DNA from: Macrostomum lignano
Taxonomy: Eukaryota
NCBI GenBank assembly: GCA_002269645.1
Contig: NIVC01002858.1
Span: 1 to 64,000, forward strand
Length of the DNA: 64,000 nt
Direction of reading: 5' to 3'
Under the pieces are notes generated by a model. The model did no database searches. It saw only the letters and a list, made by a program, of their open reading frames with translations, and had not been told where the DNA came from. Positions 44,830-55,061 of the stretch are shown piece after piece (the first letter of the stretch is position 1; the number at the start of each line of letters is the position of its first letter). The position numbers and the translations under genes are program-made.

Positions 44830-45599
44830 GGCTTAGGCTACCGGATCTTATTGTAAGGCTTGCAGGGTCAATTCGGTGCGATTTTGCCGGCAAGGGGTCA
44901 CGGCTTTCTTGGGCGGGGCAGTGGCGGCCTTTTTGTAGGCCAACCCAAGATGGCGCCCCGCCGGGAGTTGGGTGGGGGAGGGTCCGGCCCAGTTGGGGAG
45001 GCGGGGCGGCACGCGCCCATTGGCTGTCGCGAATTGGTGGCGAGAGGGAGCGGCCTGCTGATAAGAGAAGGGGACCAAACACGCGGCATGGGGCCACGTG
45101 ACTTAGTAAACCGTCTTTAAAGCGTTTGTGTGCGTCTGACGCATCCTTTTTCCTCTACTTGCAGTAGTTCAAATTGCATGCTATGCTAAATTGAGTTTCA
45201 TGGCAATAATCGTTTTGAATTGCCTTCACAAAACATTGCCTTCCTTAGTAAACTGTTTTATTTTAAAGTCAACCAATGTTTATTTGTTTTTACGATTTGT
45301 TAAACACACAAACCATATTTTGCACCTTAAAATACAGCAACTATGCGTTTGTTCCCCAGGTTGATTGACAAGTTTATCAGGCTATGCTCACACGAAAAGC
45401 TAACCGGAGAGCAAATCCTATTTTCTAGACTAGTTTTTCTGATCGGAATTGTCAATGGCGAACCACATTCAACGCTATGTGTGCTCTAGAAAGCATATAT
45501 ATTTACACTATCGATGCGACAGATATACACTATAGACTATGTAGACTATGATGAATTAAATGAAGTTTATGTATATGATATAAGGAGCCATATAATAAG

Positions 45600-46456
45600 C
45601 ATCCGGTTCCCATCCGGTTCCCATCCGGTTCCCATCCGGTTCCCATCCGGTTCCCATCCGGTTCCCATCCGGTTCCCATCCGGTTCCCATCCGGTTCCCA
45701 TCCGGTTCCCATCCGGTTCCCATCCGGTTCCCATCCGGTTCCCATCCGGTTCCCATCCGGTTCCCATCCGGTTCCCATCCGGTTCCCATCCGGTTCCCAT
45801 CCGGTTCCCATCCGGTTCCCATCCGGTTCCCATCCGGTTCCCATCCGGTTCCCATCCGGTTCCCATCCGGTTCCCATCCGGTTCCCATCCGGTTCCCATC
45901 CGGTTCCCATCCGGTTCCCATCCGGTTCCCATCCGGTTCCCATCCGGTTCCCATCCGGTTCCCATCCGGTTCCCATCCGGTTCCCATCCGGTTCCCATCC
46001 GGTTCCCATCCGGTTCCCATCCGGTTCCCATCCGGTTCCCATCCGGTTCCCATCCGGTTCCCATCCGGTTCCCATCCGGTTCCCATCCGGTTCCCATCCG
46101 GTTCCCATCCGGTTCCCATCCGGTTCCCATCCGGTTCCCATCCGGTTCCCATCCGGTTCCCATCCGGTTCCCATCCGGTTCCCATCCGGTTCCCATCCGG
46201 TTCCCATCCGGTTCCCATCCGGTTCCCATCCGGTTCCCATCCGGTTCCCATCCGGTTCCCATCCGGTTCCCATCCGGTTCCCATCCGGTTCCCATCCGGT
46301 TCCCATCCGGTTCCCATCCGGTTCCCATCCGGTTCCCATCCGGTTCCCATCCGGTTCCCATCCGGTTCCCATCCGGTTCCCATCCGGTTCCCATCCGGTT
46401 CCCATCCGGTTCCCATCCGGTTCCCATCCGGTTCCCATCCGGTTCCCATCCGGTTC
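45600..46456. repeat. Perfect 11-bp satellite (CATCCGGTTCC), about 78 copies
   Basis: No variant unit seen by eye. Confidence 0.98.
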
Positions 46457-46467
46457 TTTGCTTGAGT

Positions 46468-47205
46468 TCACACAAACGGATTAACGCACTCGCACAGAGA
46501 CTGGTCAATTCCTGGATAAGAGTCCGTAGAGTCGTCCATAGAGTCCGCGAAGTCAGTCCACATGTCCGCTTTGTTGTAGTCGTCGCCGCTATTCGGCTGC
46601 CCGGCCTTCCACAGCTCCGCCGCAGGCCTGCCAGTACCAGGTGCCGGAGTAGAAGGTGCCGGTCCTGTAACCGCCAAAAAAGTAGGCCCTGCCACCATTG
46701 ACGCTGGTCTTCAGCCAGTGCAGGTAGAGCATCTCGGGCCTATCGATAGCGTCGGCGAATTTAGTGAGCTGACCTGGCTTCGAGTCGCACTGGCTGAGGC
46801 CCAGAGTATAGCTGGCGTTGTTGTAGAACTTGTAGACTGAGCCAAAGTAGCCGCTACCATAGCCGTCTCGGCACAGCTGACCCCTAGGCAAGCCGGGCTG
46901 CTTGCGAAGGTACACCCAGGCGTATTCGAGGCACGGATTCCGGTTGGGCATGTGGCTGCACCTGCTGAACTCAAGAGTCTGACAGGTGCGGTCGGGGCCT
47001 ACAAGCCGAAAGGCCCGACAATCGGAGCCTCGATGGACGCAGGCGACAGCGCAGAGTCGCTCGCTACCAGCTGCGGCGGCTATCTCGTGGAGGTACTCCG
47101 GCTTGAGACAGTCGCGGACGTAGGTTAACTTGAAGTCGTCTTTAGTCACCGAGCAGTACCCGCGGTTGGCAACAGGGCGAGAACGAGGAGCAAAGATACA
47201 ATCAT
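46468..47205 (-). pseudogene. Secreted PAN/apple plus C-type lectin-like protein, two apparent frameshifts
   Basis: TATA-like box at about 47251-47258. Signal peptide MIVSLLLVLALLPTAG joins ORF 46589-47149 if one G is added to a G run. PAN pattern CAVAC....C.AF......C; lectin tail LWKAGQPN...DD......LCE in ORF 46468-46698. Confidence 0.65.
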
Positions 47206-47523
47206 TGTCACTAGAGCTGGAGCTAAAGATGAACTCGGGCGCCGGGTCGCTTATATAGAAACGTCAATTAAGTAGCAGAGGCAGTTGCCATGGCAGACAA
47301 ACATAAACAGTGGATCAGATTACATTGATTGCTTTTCAGTCGGTTTTGTTGTCGGAATTCGATTCAGTTTTAACTGATTGCTAGAAACAAGTTGAATAGG
47401 CTCAACTGTTTGAAGACAGACACGGATTTTTTAAGTGAATTAAAAAAATCAATAATGAGAGATGTGCACTAGGGATGATTGAGTATTCGCGCGTCCCTTG
47501 GGTATAAGCTTGGATGTCAACCC

Positions 47524-47790
47524 TGTTGCGTAGGCTTTGTATTTTATGTTTCGTTGTTAGTTATAGTTGTAGGTCTCATTTTAGTATATCGACGATATGT
47601 ACGTCTCCGGGCCCCGCCCCCCATTATCGCTTAGTGTACATGCAATCTCAGCCCCACCCCAATCTTTTGTGTGTCATTTAGCAGTTAAATATAAAAGGAA
47701 CGATGGCTTGAATTTGTTCGTGAGAGTGCGTTGTGGCAATAGTCAAAAACCTGCCGAGAGTTTGAACAAAAGTTATTTGTCTTTAGAACA
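47524..47790 (+). repeat. 5' LTR
   Basis: Appears identical to 54195-54461. Confidence 0.96.
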
Positions 47791-47796
47791 TAAATC

Positions 47797-47814
47797 TGGT
47801 AGCAGAGCGTGGTT
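47797..47814 (+). promoter_or_regulatory. Primer-binding site, complementary to an initiator tRNA-Met-type 3' end
   Basis: TGGTAGCAGAGCGTGGTT, 6 nt after the 5' LTR. Confidence 0.75.
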
Positions 47815-47824
47815 GTGAAATCGA

Positions 47825-50800
47825 ATGTCATTCGGAGACGAAAAGGCTGCGGATGCAGCAGCGGCAGCAGCAACAGCATCAGCATCTGAGCGAAATCAAG
47901 AGAGATCGGAATCGGAGCAACGAGTGGTGCAACTGAAGGGCAAAAAGGCTGTCGAAAAATGTGCCTTCACTAAGCAGCGAAACAAGCTACTCAAGTACCT
48001 CGACTCGGACGGCGTGACACTGGAGGGCGCGGAGAAGATTGCCGGAGCGCTGGACGAGCAGGCTGAGCGTGTCAGTGCGGTGCTTCAGGACCTACTACAA
48101 GCGGCTGAAGGCAACTTTCTGGTGCAGGCCCAAACGGTGAAGGAGCTAGAAGCACTCGAATGTGAGTACAACGAGACAGTGGCACTGCTTGGTGAATTGC
48201 GAAAGAGGGAGCGCCAGAACGCTATCGAGAGCCTTGAGAGAGATGGTCATCAGAGAGAGCTAGAGGCCGCAAAGTGTCAGAAAGCTGAACTGGAAGAGCG
48301 TCAACAGCGGTTGAGAGAAACATTTGAGGCTAAGCAAAAGGAGTTGGAGTATGAAATGGAGAGGCTAGACAGAGTGGTTGGAGTTCAGCGGCAGCAAGTT
48401 CAGTCGCGAAGTGTACACGAAGCGCGTGAGGAGTCGCAAACTACGGGGGAGGGGTGGCAACCCAAAGAGTGGCCAATCAACAATCCAGGCTGGCGGCCAA
48501 CCCCAATTAGCGAAATGTACACTGCGCGTACTGGCCCGGCTGGAGTTAGCGCAAACGAAAGGCCTAGGCAATTTGAGTCAGAGTGGCGGGCTGGCCTATC
48601 ATTTGGCGGAGCAGGGCAGGCGGCGGCAATGTACGCAGAGGATCAGTCAGCTAGGATTGGACAGGACATGTGGCGACAATTGCAGCGTGTGTCTATTCCT
48701 GTGTTCTCAGGAGACAAGCGGCAGTATGAGGGGTGGAAGGCTGCCTTCTATGCATGTGTGGATGAGTCGCCGGCTTCAGACGCGTACAAGTTGTTGCAGC
48801 TGCGTCAATCCCTGCAAGGGGAGGCACTTAAGCTTATTGTGAATTTAGGGTTCTCGGCTTTCGCCTACCGGTCTGCACTAGAGCGTTTAGAGCGAGAGTA
48901 CGGTGGAGAGAGACGCAGATTAACGTTAGCTCTGGAAGACTTGGACAATTTTCGGCCGATTCAGACGGAGAGTGCAGCGCAGTTAAAAAAGTTAGCAGAC
49001 CTGTTGGATGTGACCGTGAATAATTTGAAGGCGGCTGGGCGTGACGTTGAGCTAAGTAGCAATGGCCTGTTACATTTGCGCGTTCAGCGGAAGCTGCCCG
49101 CAGACACCTTGGCGCGCTATCACCGGTGGGTGGGCGAGAACTCTAAAGTAGATGCGCTGAGTGTGCTCCATCAGTGGTTGTTACAGGAGGCTGAATATCG
49201 GACGATTGCGTGGGAGGCGACGCGAGGAGTGGTACCGGTGAGCGATGGCGGTCGGGAAGCTGGGAAGAAGTGGTCAGGGTCTCGTGAACCACAGCGAACA
49301 CTGTTCACTCACACCGACGCCGCTGAAAGTCGCAGTGTCGAACCAACAGACAACCGTAGGTTATTTCGTCTCTGTGGAGAGCAGCATGGAGTGTGGGCGT
49401 GCCCTAGGTTTGCGCGTATGGCTGTTGAAGCTCGATGGGCAGCGGTACGCGAGTGGAAGCTGTGCTTTGGGTGCTTGGGAAGCAACCACATGAGTTTGTC
49501 GTGCAGACGATTGCGAAGCTGCGGCATCGACGGGTGCAAGGCCAGGCATCACCGGCTGCTCCACCAAGCGCAAAAGAGTGAGTCGATGGCACGCCACGAA
49601 GGGGGGACGCAGAAGGTCCTCAAGGCGCCAAGTTCAGGCCAGAGGCCGAAGGAGACGATGAACAAGCAGCGAGAAGCCTGTACTTTGCTAGTTAGGGAGA
49701 CCGCTGCGGTTGCGCTGCGAACTGTCCCGGTGATCTTGTCCAATGGAGACCGACAGGTGCAAGTCAACGCGCTTCTGGATGATGCGAGCACAAGAACATA
49801 TTTGAACTCGGACGTGGCGGCCGAACTTGGGCTGGAAGAGAAGTTTGAGCAGATGAACGTTAAAGTACTCAACGGACAGGTAAATACCTTCCAGACAGCG
49901 CCGGTTGAAGTGGACTTGAAGAGTCTTGATGGAGCGTTTCGAGCTAGGGTTTTGGCGTACACCACGGAGAAAGTGACGGGTGATATGAAGGCCGTGGATT
50001 GGAGTCAGCTAGCGTCGCAGTGGCATCATTTGCGTGGCATTCCGTTCAGCAGAGTTGAAGGCAATCAGACGGTTAACATGCTCATCGGCATCGATCACGT
50101 TGATCTACACTTCGCCTGCCGTGAGGTCGGGGGTCAACCTGGAGAGCCGACAGCGCGACTGACGCCGATCGGTTGGACGTGTGTGGGACCGATAAGGGAC
50201 TACGGACCGGAAGCTGGACGACAGAGGACTTTCCTATCGATTGCGGATGGAGACTTGGATGGCGTTTTAAAGCGTTTCTGGGAGGTGGATGAGGTCCCCG
50301 ACGGTGGAGCGATGGCCACGTTGTCGATGGGAGAGCAAGAGACCGTTCAATTGACGAAGAGTTCAATGAGGATGGAGGCCGGTCGTTACCAGGTGGCGAT
50401 CCCATGGAAGATGGATCCGACAACGTTTCCAGACAACAAGGATATGGCGCGGCAGCGGCTCGTTAATACGGAGCAACGGCTTAAGAAGAACCCGGAGCTG
50501 GCGCAGGCGTATCAGCGAGTGTTTGATGGACAGCTGGAGAAGGGCTACATTCAAGAAGTCGACGGAGCCGCCGGTCAGGGAAGTTGGTACCTGCCACATT
50601 TTGCAGTAGTGAGAGCGGACAAGGAGACAACAAAGACTCGCATAGTCTTTGACGCGTCTGCTCGCTGTGGCGGTCTCAGCCTTAACGATGCCATCCACAC
50701 CGGACCGAAGCTGCAAAACAATCTCGTCAGCGTGCTGCTAAGATTTCGCAAGCATCCGGTCGCGCTAGTTTGTGATATTGAGGAAATGTATCTTCGAATT

Positions 50801-52345
50801 CGGTTGGCTCCAGATGATCGCCGCTTCTTTCGGTTCTTGTGGCGCGGAATGCAAAAGGAATGTGAGCCAAAAGTATACGAGTTCTGCAGCGTGGTCTTTG
50901 GCGTCAACTGCTCCCCGTTCCTGGCTCAACTAGTGGCACAAGAGAATGCAAGGCAACATCAGGATCAACTGCCTTTGGCGGCAACGACGGTTTTGAGGTC
51001 CACCTACATGGACGACAGTCTCGACTCCATGGAGACAGTTGAGAAAGCAAAGCAGTTGTATGAGCAGCTGATGGAGCTGTGGAAGAGAGCCGGTATGCGA
51101 GCTCGGAAGTGGCTTTCGAACTCTGAGGAAGTCCTGCAATCGATTCCAGTTGAAGACAGGGCAGAACGCGCTGAGCTACTACTGCAGGGTGAATCACCAA
51201 CCGCGAAGGCACTTGGCGTAAGCTGGAACGCACGGATGGATACGCTTTTAGTCAGTATCGATGACGGCAACAGCAAAGGCTTGATTACTACAAAGCGGCA
51301 GATGTTGCGGTGCATCGCGGGGGTGTTTGACCCTTGCGGTTTCGTGGCTCCAGTTGTGACGCAAGGGAAGATTCTGTTGCAGAAGGTGTGGCGCTTAGGT
51401 GTTGGCTGGGACGAAGCGTTGGATCCGGACTTAGTGACAGAAGCAACTGAGTGGTCTAGAAAGCTGTCGGCGGCCAGTGAAATCTCGGTGCCACGCTGTC
51501 TAAGTGACCAAATGCATGATGTAGAGCTACACACATTCGTTGACGCATCGCAGGACGCGTATGGAGCTGTAATTTACCTAAGGAGTGCAGTCAATTCGGA
51601 AGCATCAACCGTGCGGCTCGTAGGAGCAAAGTCTCGAGTAGCCCCTCTGCAGACGGTCAGCGTTCCAAGACTCGAGCTGATGGCAGCGGTGTTGGGCGTA
51701 AAGCTGGCCAAAGTGGTTTCTGAGGCGTTGGAAGTGGAACGGAGCAAGATGGTATTGTGGAGTGACAGCCAAAACGTATTGTGGTGGATCAGAAAGCAAA
51801 GCCGAGTGCTCAAGCCGTTTGTCGCCAACCGAGTCGCGTTCATTCAGCAGGAATTCCGAATTAATCAATGGCGCTACGTGCCCACGAAGCTGAACCCAGC
51901 CGATGTGCTGTCGCGAGGCTGCAACGCGGAGGAGCTGAGCCGCAATGAGCTGTGGATGCACGGACCAGAGTTTCTGATGCGAAGTGAGCAGGTGTGGCCA
52001 GAGAGAGCACTTCCAGCAGAGCCAGCGAAGCCAGAGACGAAATCGACGTGTAGGAACATAAGAACAGTGGACGTTGCATCGGAGGAGAGGTCGTTCTTGA
52101 CGTCAGCCGAGCTAGAGACGTCGGACTGGAGACTGGACCCGGCGCGGTTCTCGAGTTTTCGGAGACTGCAGCGTATTACGGCCTGGGTGTTGCGCTTCAT
52201 TAGAAACTGCCAGCGGACGCAGGTGCTCAGGGTTGATGGGGAGTTGACCGGAGAGGAACTGAATGACGCCGAAGAGCAGCTCGATTGGCGCAAAAGGAAG
52301 GTTTCCGGATGGTTAAGGATCGAGACAAACAGTTGTCGTGCCTGA
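47825..52345 (+). CDS. BEL/Pao Gag-protease-RT-RNase H polyprotein
   Basis: DUF1759-like gag (IPVFSGD...W...F), Cys/His knuckles, protease ALLDDAS, RT YMDD, Pao RNase H FVDASQDAYGAVIYLR and WSDSQ. Confidence 0.95.
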   Translation: MSFGDEKAADAAAAAATASASERNQERSESEQRVVQLKGKKAVEKCAFTKQRNKLLKYLDSDGVTLEGAEKIAGALDEQAERVSAVLQDLLQAAEGNFLVQAQTVKELEALECEYNETVALLGELRKRERQNAIESLERDGHQRELEAAKCQKAELEERQQRLRETFEAKQKELEYEMERLDRVVGVQRQQVQSRSVHEAREESQTTGEGWQPKEWPINNPGWRPTPISEMYTARTGPAGVSANERPRQFESEWRAGLSFGGAGQAAAMYAEDQSARIGQDMWRQLQRVSIPVFSGDKRQYEGWKAAFYACVDESPASDAYKLLQLRQSLQGEALKLIVNLGFSAFAYRSALERLEREYGGERRRLTLALEDLDNFRPIQTESAAQLKKLADLLDVTVNNLKAAGRDVELSSNGLLHLRVQRKLPADTLARYHRWVGENSKVDALSVLHQWLLQEAEYRTIAWEATRGVVPVSDGGREAGKKWSGSREPQRTLFTHTDAAESRSVEPTDNRRLFRLCGEQHGVWACPRFARMAVEARWAAVREWKLCFGCLGSNHMSLSCRRLRSCGIDGCKARHHRLLHQAQKSESMARHEGGTQKVLKAPSSGQRPKETMNKQREACTLLVRETAAVALRTVPVILSNGDRQVQVNALLDDASTRTYLNSDVAAELGLEEKFEQMNVKVLNGQVNTFQTAPVEVDLKSLDGAFRARVLAYTTEKVTGDMKAVDWSQLASQWHHLRGIPFSRVEGNQTVNMLIGIDHVDLHFACREVGGQPGEPTARLTPIGWTCVGPIRDYGPEAGRQRTFLSIADGDLDGVLKRFWEVDEVPDGGAMATLSMGEQETVQLTKSSMRMEAGRYQVAIPWKMDPTTFPDNKDMARQRLVNTEQRLKKNPELAQAYQRVFDGQLEKGYIQEVDGAAGQGSWYLPHFAVVRADKETTKTRIVFDASARCGGLSLNDAIHTGPKLQNNLVSVLLRFRKHPVALVCDIEEMYLRIRLAPDDRRFFRFLWRGMQKECEPKVYEFCSVVFGVNCSPFLAQLVAQENARQHQDQLPLAATTVLRSTYMDDSLDSMETVEKAKQLYEQLMELWKRAGMRARKWLSNSEEVLQSIPVEDRAERAELLLQGESPTAKALGVSWNARMDTLLVSIDDGNSKGLITTKRQMLRCIAGVFDPCGFVAPVVTQGKILLQKVWRLGVGWDEALDPDLVTEATEWSRKLSAASEISVPRCLSDQMHDVELHTFVDASQDAYGAVIYLRSAVNSEASTVRLVGAKSRVAPLQTVSVPRLELMAAVLGVKLAKVVSEALEVERSKMVLWSDSQNVLWWIRKQSRVLKPFVANRVAFIQQEFRINQWRYVPTKLNPADVLSRGCNAEELSRNELWMHGPEFLMRSEQVWPERALPAEPAKPETKSTCRNIRTVDVASEERSFLTSAELETSDWRLDPARFSSFRRLQRITAWVLRFIRNCQRTQVLRVDGELTGEELNDAEEQLDWRKRKVSGWLRIETNSCRA

Positions 52346-53445
52346 AACCCGTGATGGACGCTGCGGGATTGATGCGAGTAGACGGGAGGCTAAAGTTCAG
52401 CCAGCAGATGTCATACGATGCTAGGCACCCCATCATCTTGCCTCGAAGACACTGGATTACGAAGCTGGTGATCAAGCAGCATCACGAGGAGCAGCTGCAT
52501 GGCGGAACCAACCAGACGCTAGCCGCGATCTCGGCCCGGTATTGGATCGTCAGCGCTCGAGAGGCCATTCGCGAGTGGGAACAGGAATGCGCAGTCTGCA
52601 GGAGGAGCAAAGCTAAGCCGATAGACCAGTTGATGGCGCCATTACCCGAAGTACGTCTCGAAGGGTCGTTGAAGGCCTTCACCAACACAGCCGTAGACAT
52701 GGGCGGGCCGTTTCTGACTGTCCAAGGACGAGGCAGGGCGAGACAGAAACGATACATCGCATTGTTTACGTGTCTGGAGACGCGCGCCGTACACCTGGAG
52801 GTGACATTCGGGCTTGATGCAGACTCCTTCCTAAATGCATTTTTTCGAATGATCGGTCGGCGAGGACTACCGAAGCAGATGCATTCAGATAATGGAGGCA
52901 ATTTCGTGAAGGGTGCTGAAGAGCTGCGGAGCTTGGAAGAGTTGAGCAGGTCAAAGGTGCAGCAGGCGGCTTCGAATCACGGAATCAGATGGAACTTCCA
53001 GCCTCCAGCCGCACCGCACTTTGGAGGAGCGCACGAGATCATGGTGCGAGCTGTTAAGCGAGCGCTGCAAGTTGTGCTCAGCAATGCGGAAGTGAACGAC
53101 GAGGAGTTTCAGTCAGCGGTAGTCGGAGTCGAGGCACTGATCAATTCGCGGCCGATCACATACCAGTCAGCCAATCCTAAGGACGAAGTCCCACTGACGC
53201 CTAATCACTTCCTGCACGGACAGGCGGGTGGTCAGTTCGCGCCGGACATCTCAGCTGATGTTGCAAAAGACCCACGTCGACGCTGGCGGCGCGTTCAGGA
53301 GTTGGTCCGGCATGTGTGGCGGCGGTGGATGCAGGAGTGGCTGCCAGGCCTCCAGCGCCGAACCAAGTGGACCAAGTCGCAGCAGGACTTGCAAGCTGGC
53401 GACGTGGTGCTGATCGTGCAAACCGACTCTCCGCGAGGTCACTGA
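52285..53445 (+). pseudogene. BEL/Pao integrase, frameshifted from pol and ending at a premature TGA
   Basis: HHCC (H..QLH...C..C) and DDE (AVDMGGP, SDNGGNF, GAHEIMV) motifs; PRGH*PLGRI where Trp is expected. Confidence 0.9.
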
Positions 53446-54194
53446 CCGCTAGGTCGGATTGTCAACGTCTTCCCCGGCCGGGACGGACGAGTCAGAGTCG
53501 TCAACGTGCAAGTCGGCCAGAAAGTGCTAGTGAGATCGGTAAATAAGCTGTGTCTGCTTGAGAGTCAAGCGGAGCCAGCTGACTGATTTTTGGCCTTGAC
53601 GATGTGACACGTTTTTTCGCGAGGTCGCCTCGCCAGAAAGTGCTAGTGAGATCGGTAAATAAGCTGTGTCTGCTTGAGAGTCAAGCGGAGCCAGCTGACT
53701 GATTTTTGGCCTTGACGATGTGACACGTTTTTTTTTTCGGAGCACAGCAGTTATTTTTAGTCTGTCAGTGTTGTTTTTTCCGGAGCACAGCAGTTATTTT
53801 TGGTCTGCAGTCAGTGTTGCGTGACCTTTTGGTGCTGATAGCGTTTGCGGTCCAGGAGAGTGTAGCAGCTTGAAATTTTGTTTTCACATTTAGTGCTATT
53901 TTTGGTGGAGGGTTTTTTTTCGTTTTCCTTTTGGTTTATGCACTTTGTGCTGGCTATAGACTGTTAAATTTAAGCGGTTTTGAACGCCTTTGGCCATGTG
54001 TTCTTTTTTTTCAATCGTAACACACGCTTTTTTGGTTTTGTAGTAGCCGTTCAGGTTTATTGACATTATTTTTTATTGCATCGGAGGGTTCCTCATTCGA
54101 ATATTTGGTGAATGTGCATTAACGGTTTTTGCTGCGGTGGCGGTGCATCTTCGCGAATTTGATTGCTGATTGTGTTCTATCAGGAAGGGGGGAA

Positions 54195-54461
54195 TGTTGC
54201 GTAGGCTTTGTATTTTATGTTTCGTTGTTAGTTATAGTTGTAGGTCTCATTTTAGTATATCGACGATATGTACGTCTCCGGGCCCCGCCCCCCATTATCG
54301 CTTAGTGTACATGCAATCTCAGCCCCACCCCAATCTTTTGTGTGTCATTTAGCAGTTAAATATAAAAGGAACGATGGCTTGAATTTGTTCGTGAGAGTGC
54401 GTTGTGGCAATAGTCAAAAACCTGCCGAGAGTTTGAACAAAAGTTATTTGTCTTTAGAACA
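54195..54461 (+). repeat. 3' LTR, preceded by a polypurine tract (about 54182-54194)
   Basis: Direct repeat of the 5' LTR. Confidence 0.96.
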
Positions 54462-54656
54462 AACCCATCTCATGCTGTTGGTCTGCATGGCTGTATCTCA
54501 CACGCATAATAATGTATAATAACCAACTGAAACGAGGAGAATGTCTATGCAGACTGGTTATTGAAATGTATCCCACAAGTGCAAGGAGCGGAGAATATTG
54601 ACTAGATTCGCGGAGATTATTAGTATTCTCTGTTCCCTGTATTCGCGGGACACGTT

Positions 54657-55061
54657 TTGTCTATGGTAGAAAGTGTTCAGCCAACCTCACTCTGGCTCAA
54701 GGTGTTAATTTGTGAAGGTCAAAGTTGTGAAGCGTTTTATCTTACACCGCTAAAGAAGCCAACGTCAAGCATCTGGTACCGAGCGCAGCCAATGGGCGTG
54801 CACACCATAGAGACGGTTGTCAAGACTCTGATGGCTGACGATTCTAATCCTACTGTGCGTGTTAGTAACAGTAGTTTGCAACGAACATGCAAAACAAGGC
54901 TAGTCGACGGAGGGATCAGCAAAGAGATTGCTAGTACGAAGACCGGTCGGATTAGTGAAAGAGCAGATAGGGCCTATATTGACGTGAGCTCACATGAAAA
55001 CCAAATGTCCAGAATTCTGTACGGCCATCCGGAACCGTCGCCTGCCAGTGCGAATAATTAA
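54657..55061 (+). pseudogene. Crypton-like/DUF3504 tyrosine-recombinase C-terminal fragment
   Basis: FYLTP...WY..QPMG.HT...VK...SNSSLQRT..TRL...G......TGR.S.....Y matches the DUF3504 layout, with degenerate catalytic positions. Confidence 0.7.

Larger units (their letters stand above)
47524..54461 (+). mobile_element. BEL/Pao LTR retrotransposon, full length
   Basis: 267-bp TG...CA LTRs (47524-47790 and 54195-54461), 5-bp TSD AACCC on both sides, PBS and PPT present, gag-PR-RT-RH-IN order. Confidence 0.96.

Noticed and set aside
45514-46701. Four long ORFs of 11-aa repeats on both strands
   Set aside because: Arise automatically from a stop-free 11-bp unit; no independent evidence of coding.
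48365-53745. Many antisense and alternate-frame ORFs within the BEL element
   Set aside because: Shadow ORFs of a GC-rich coding region with no motifs.
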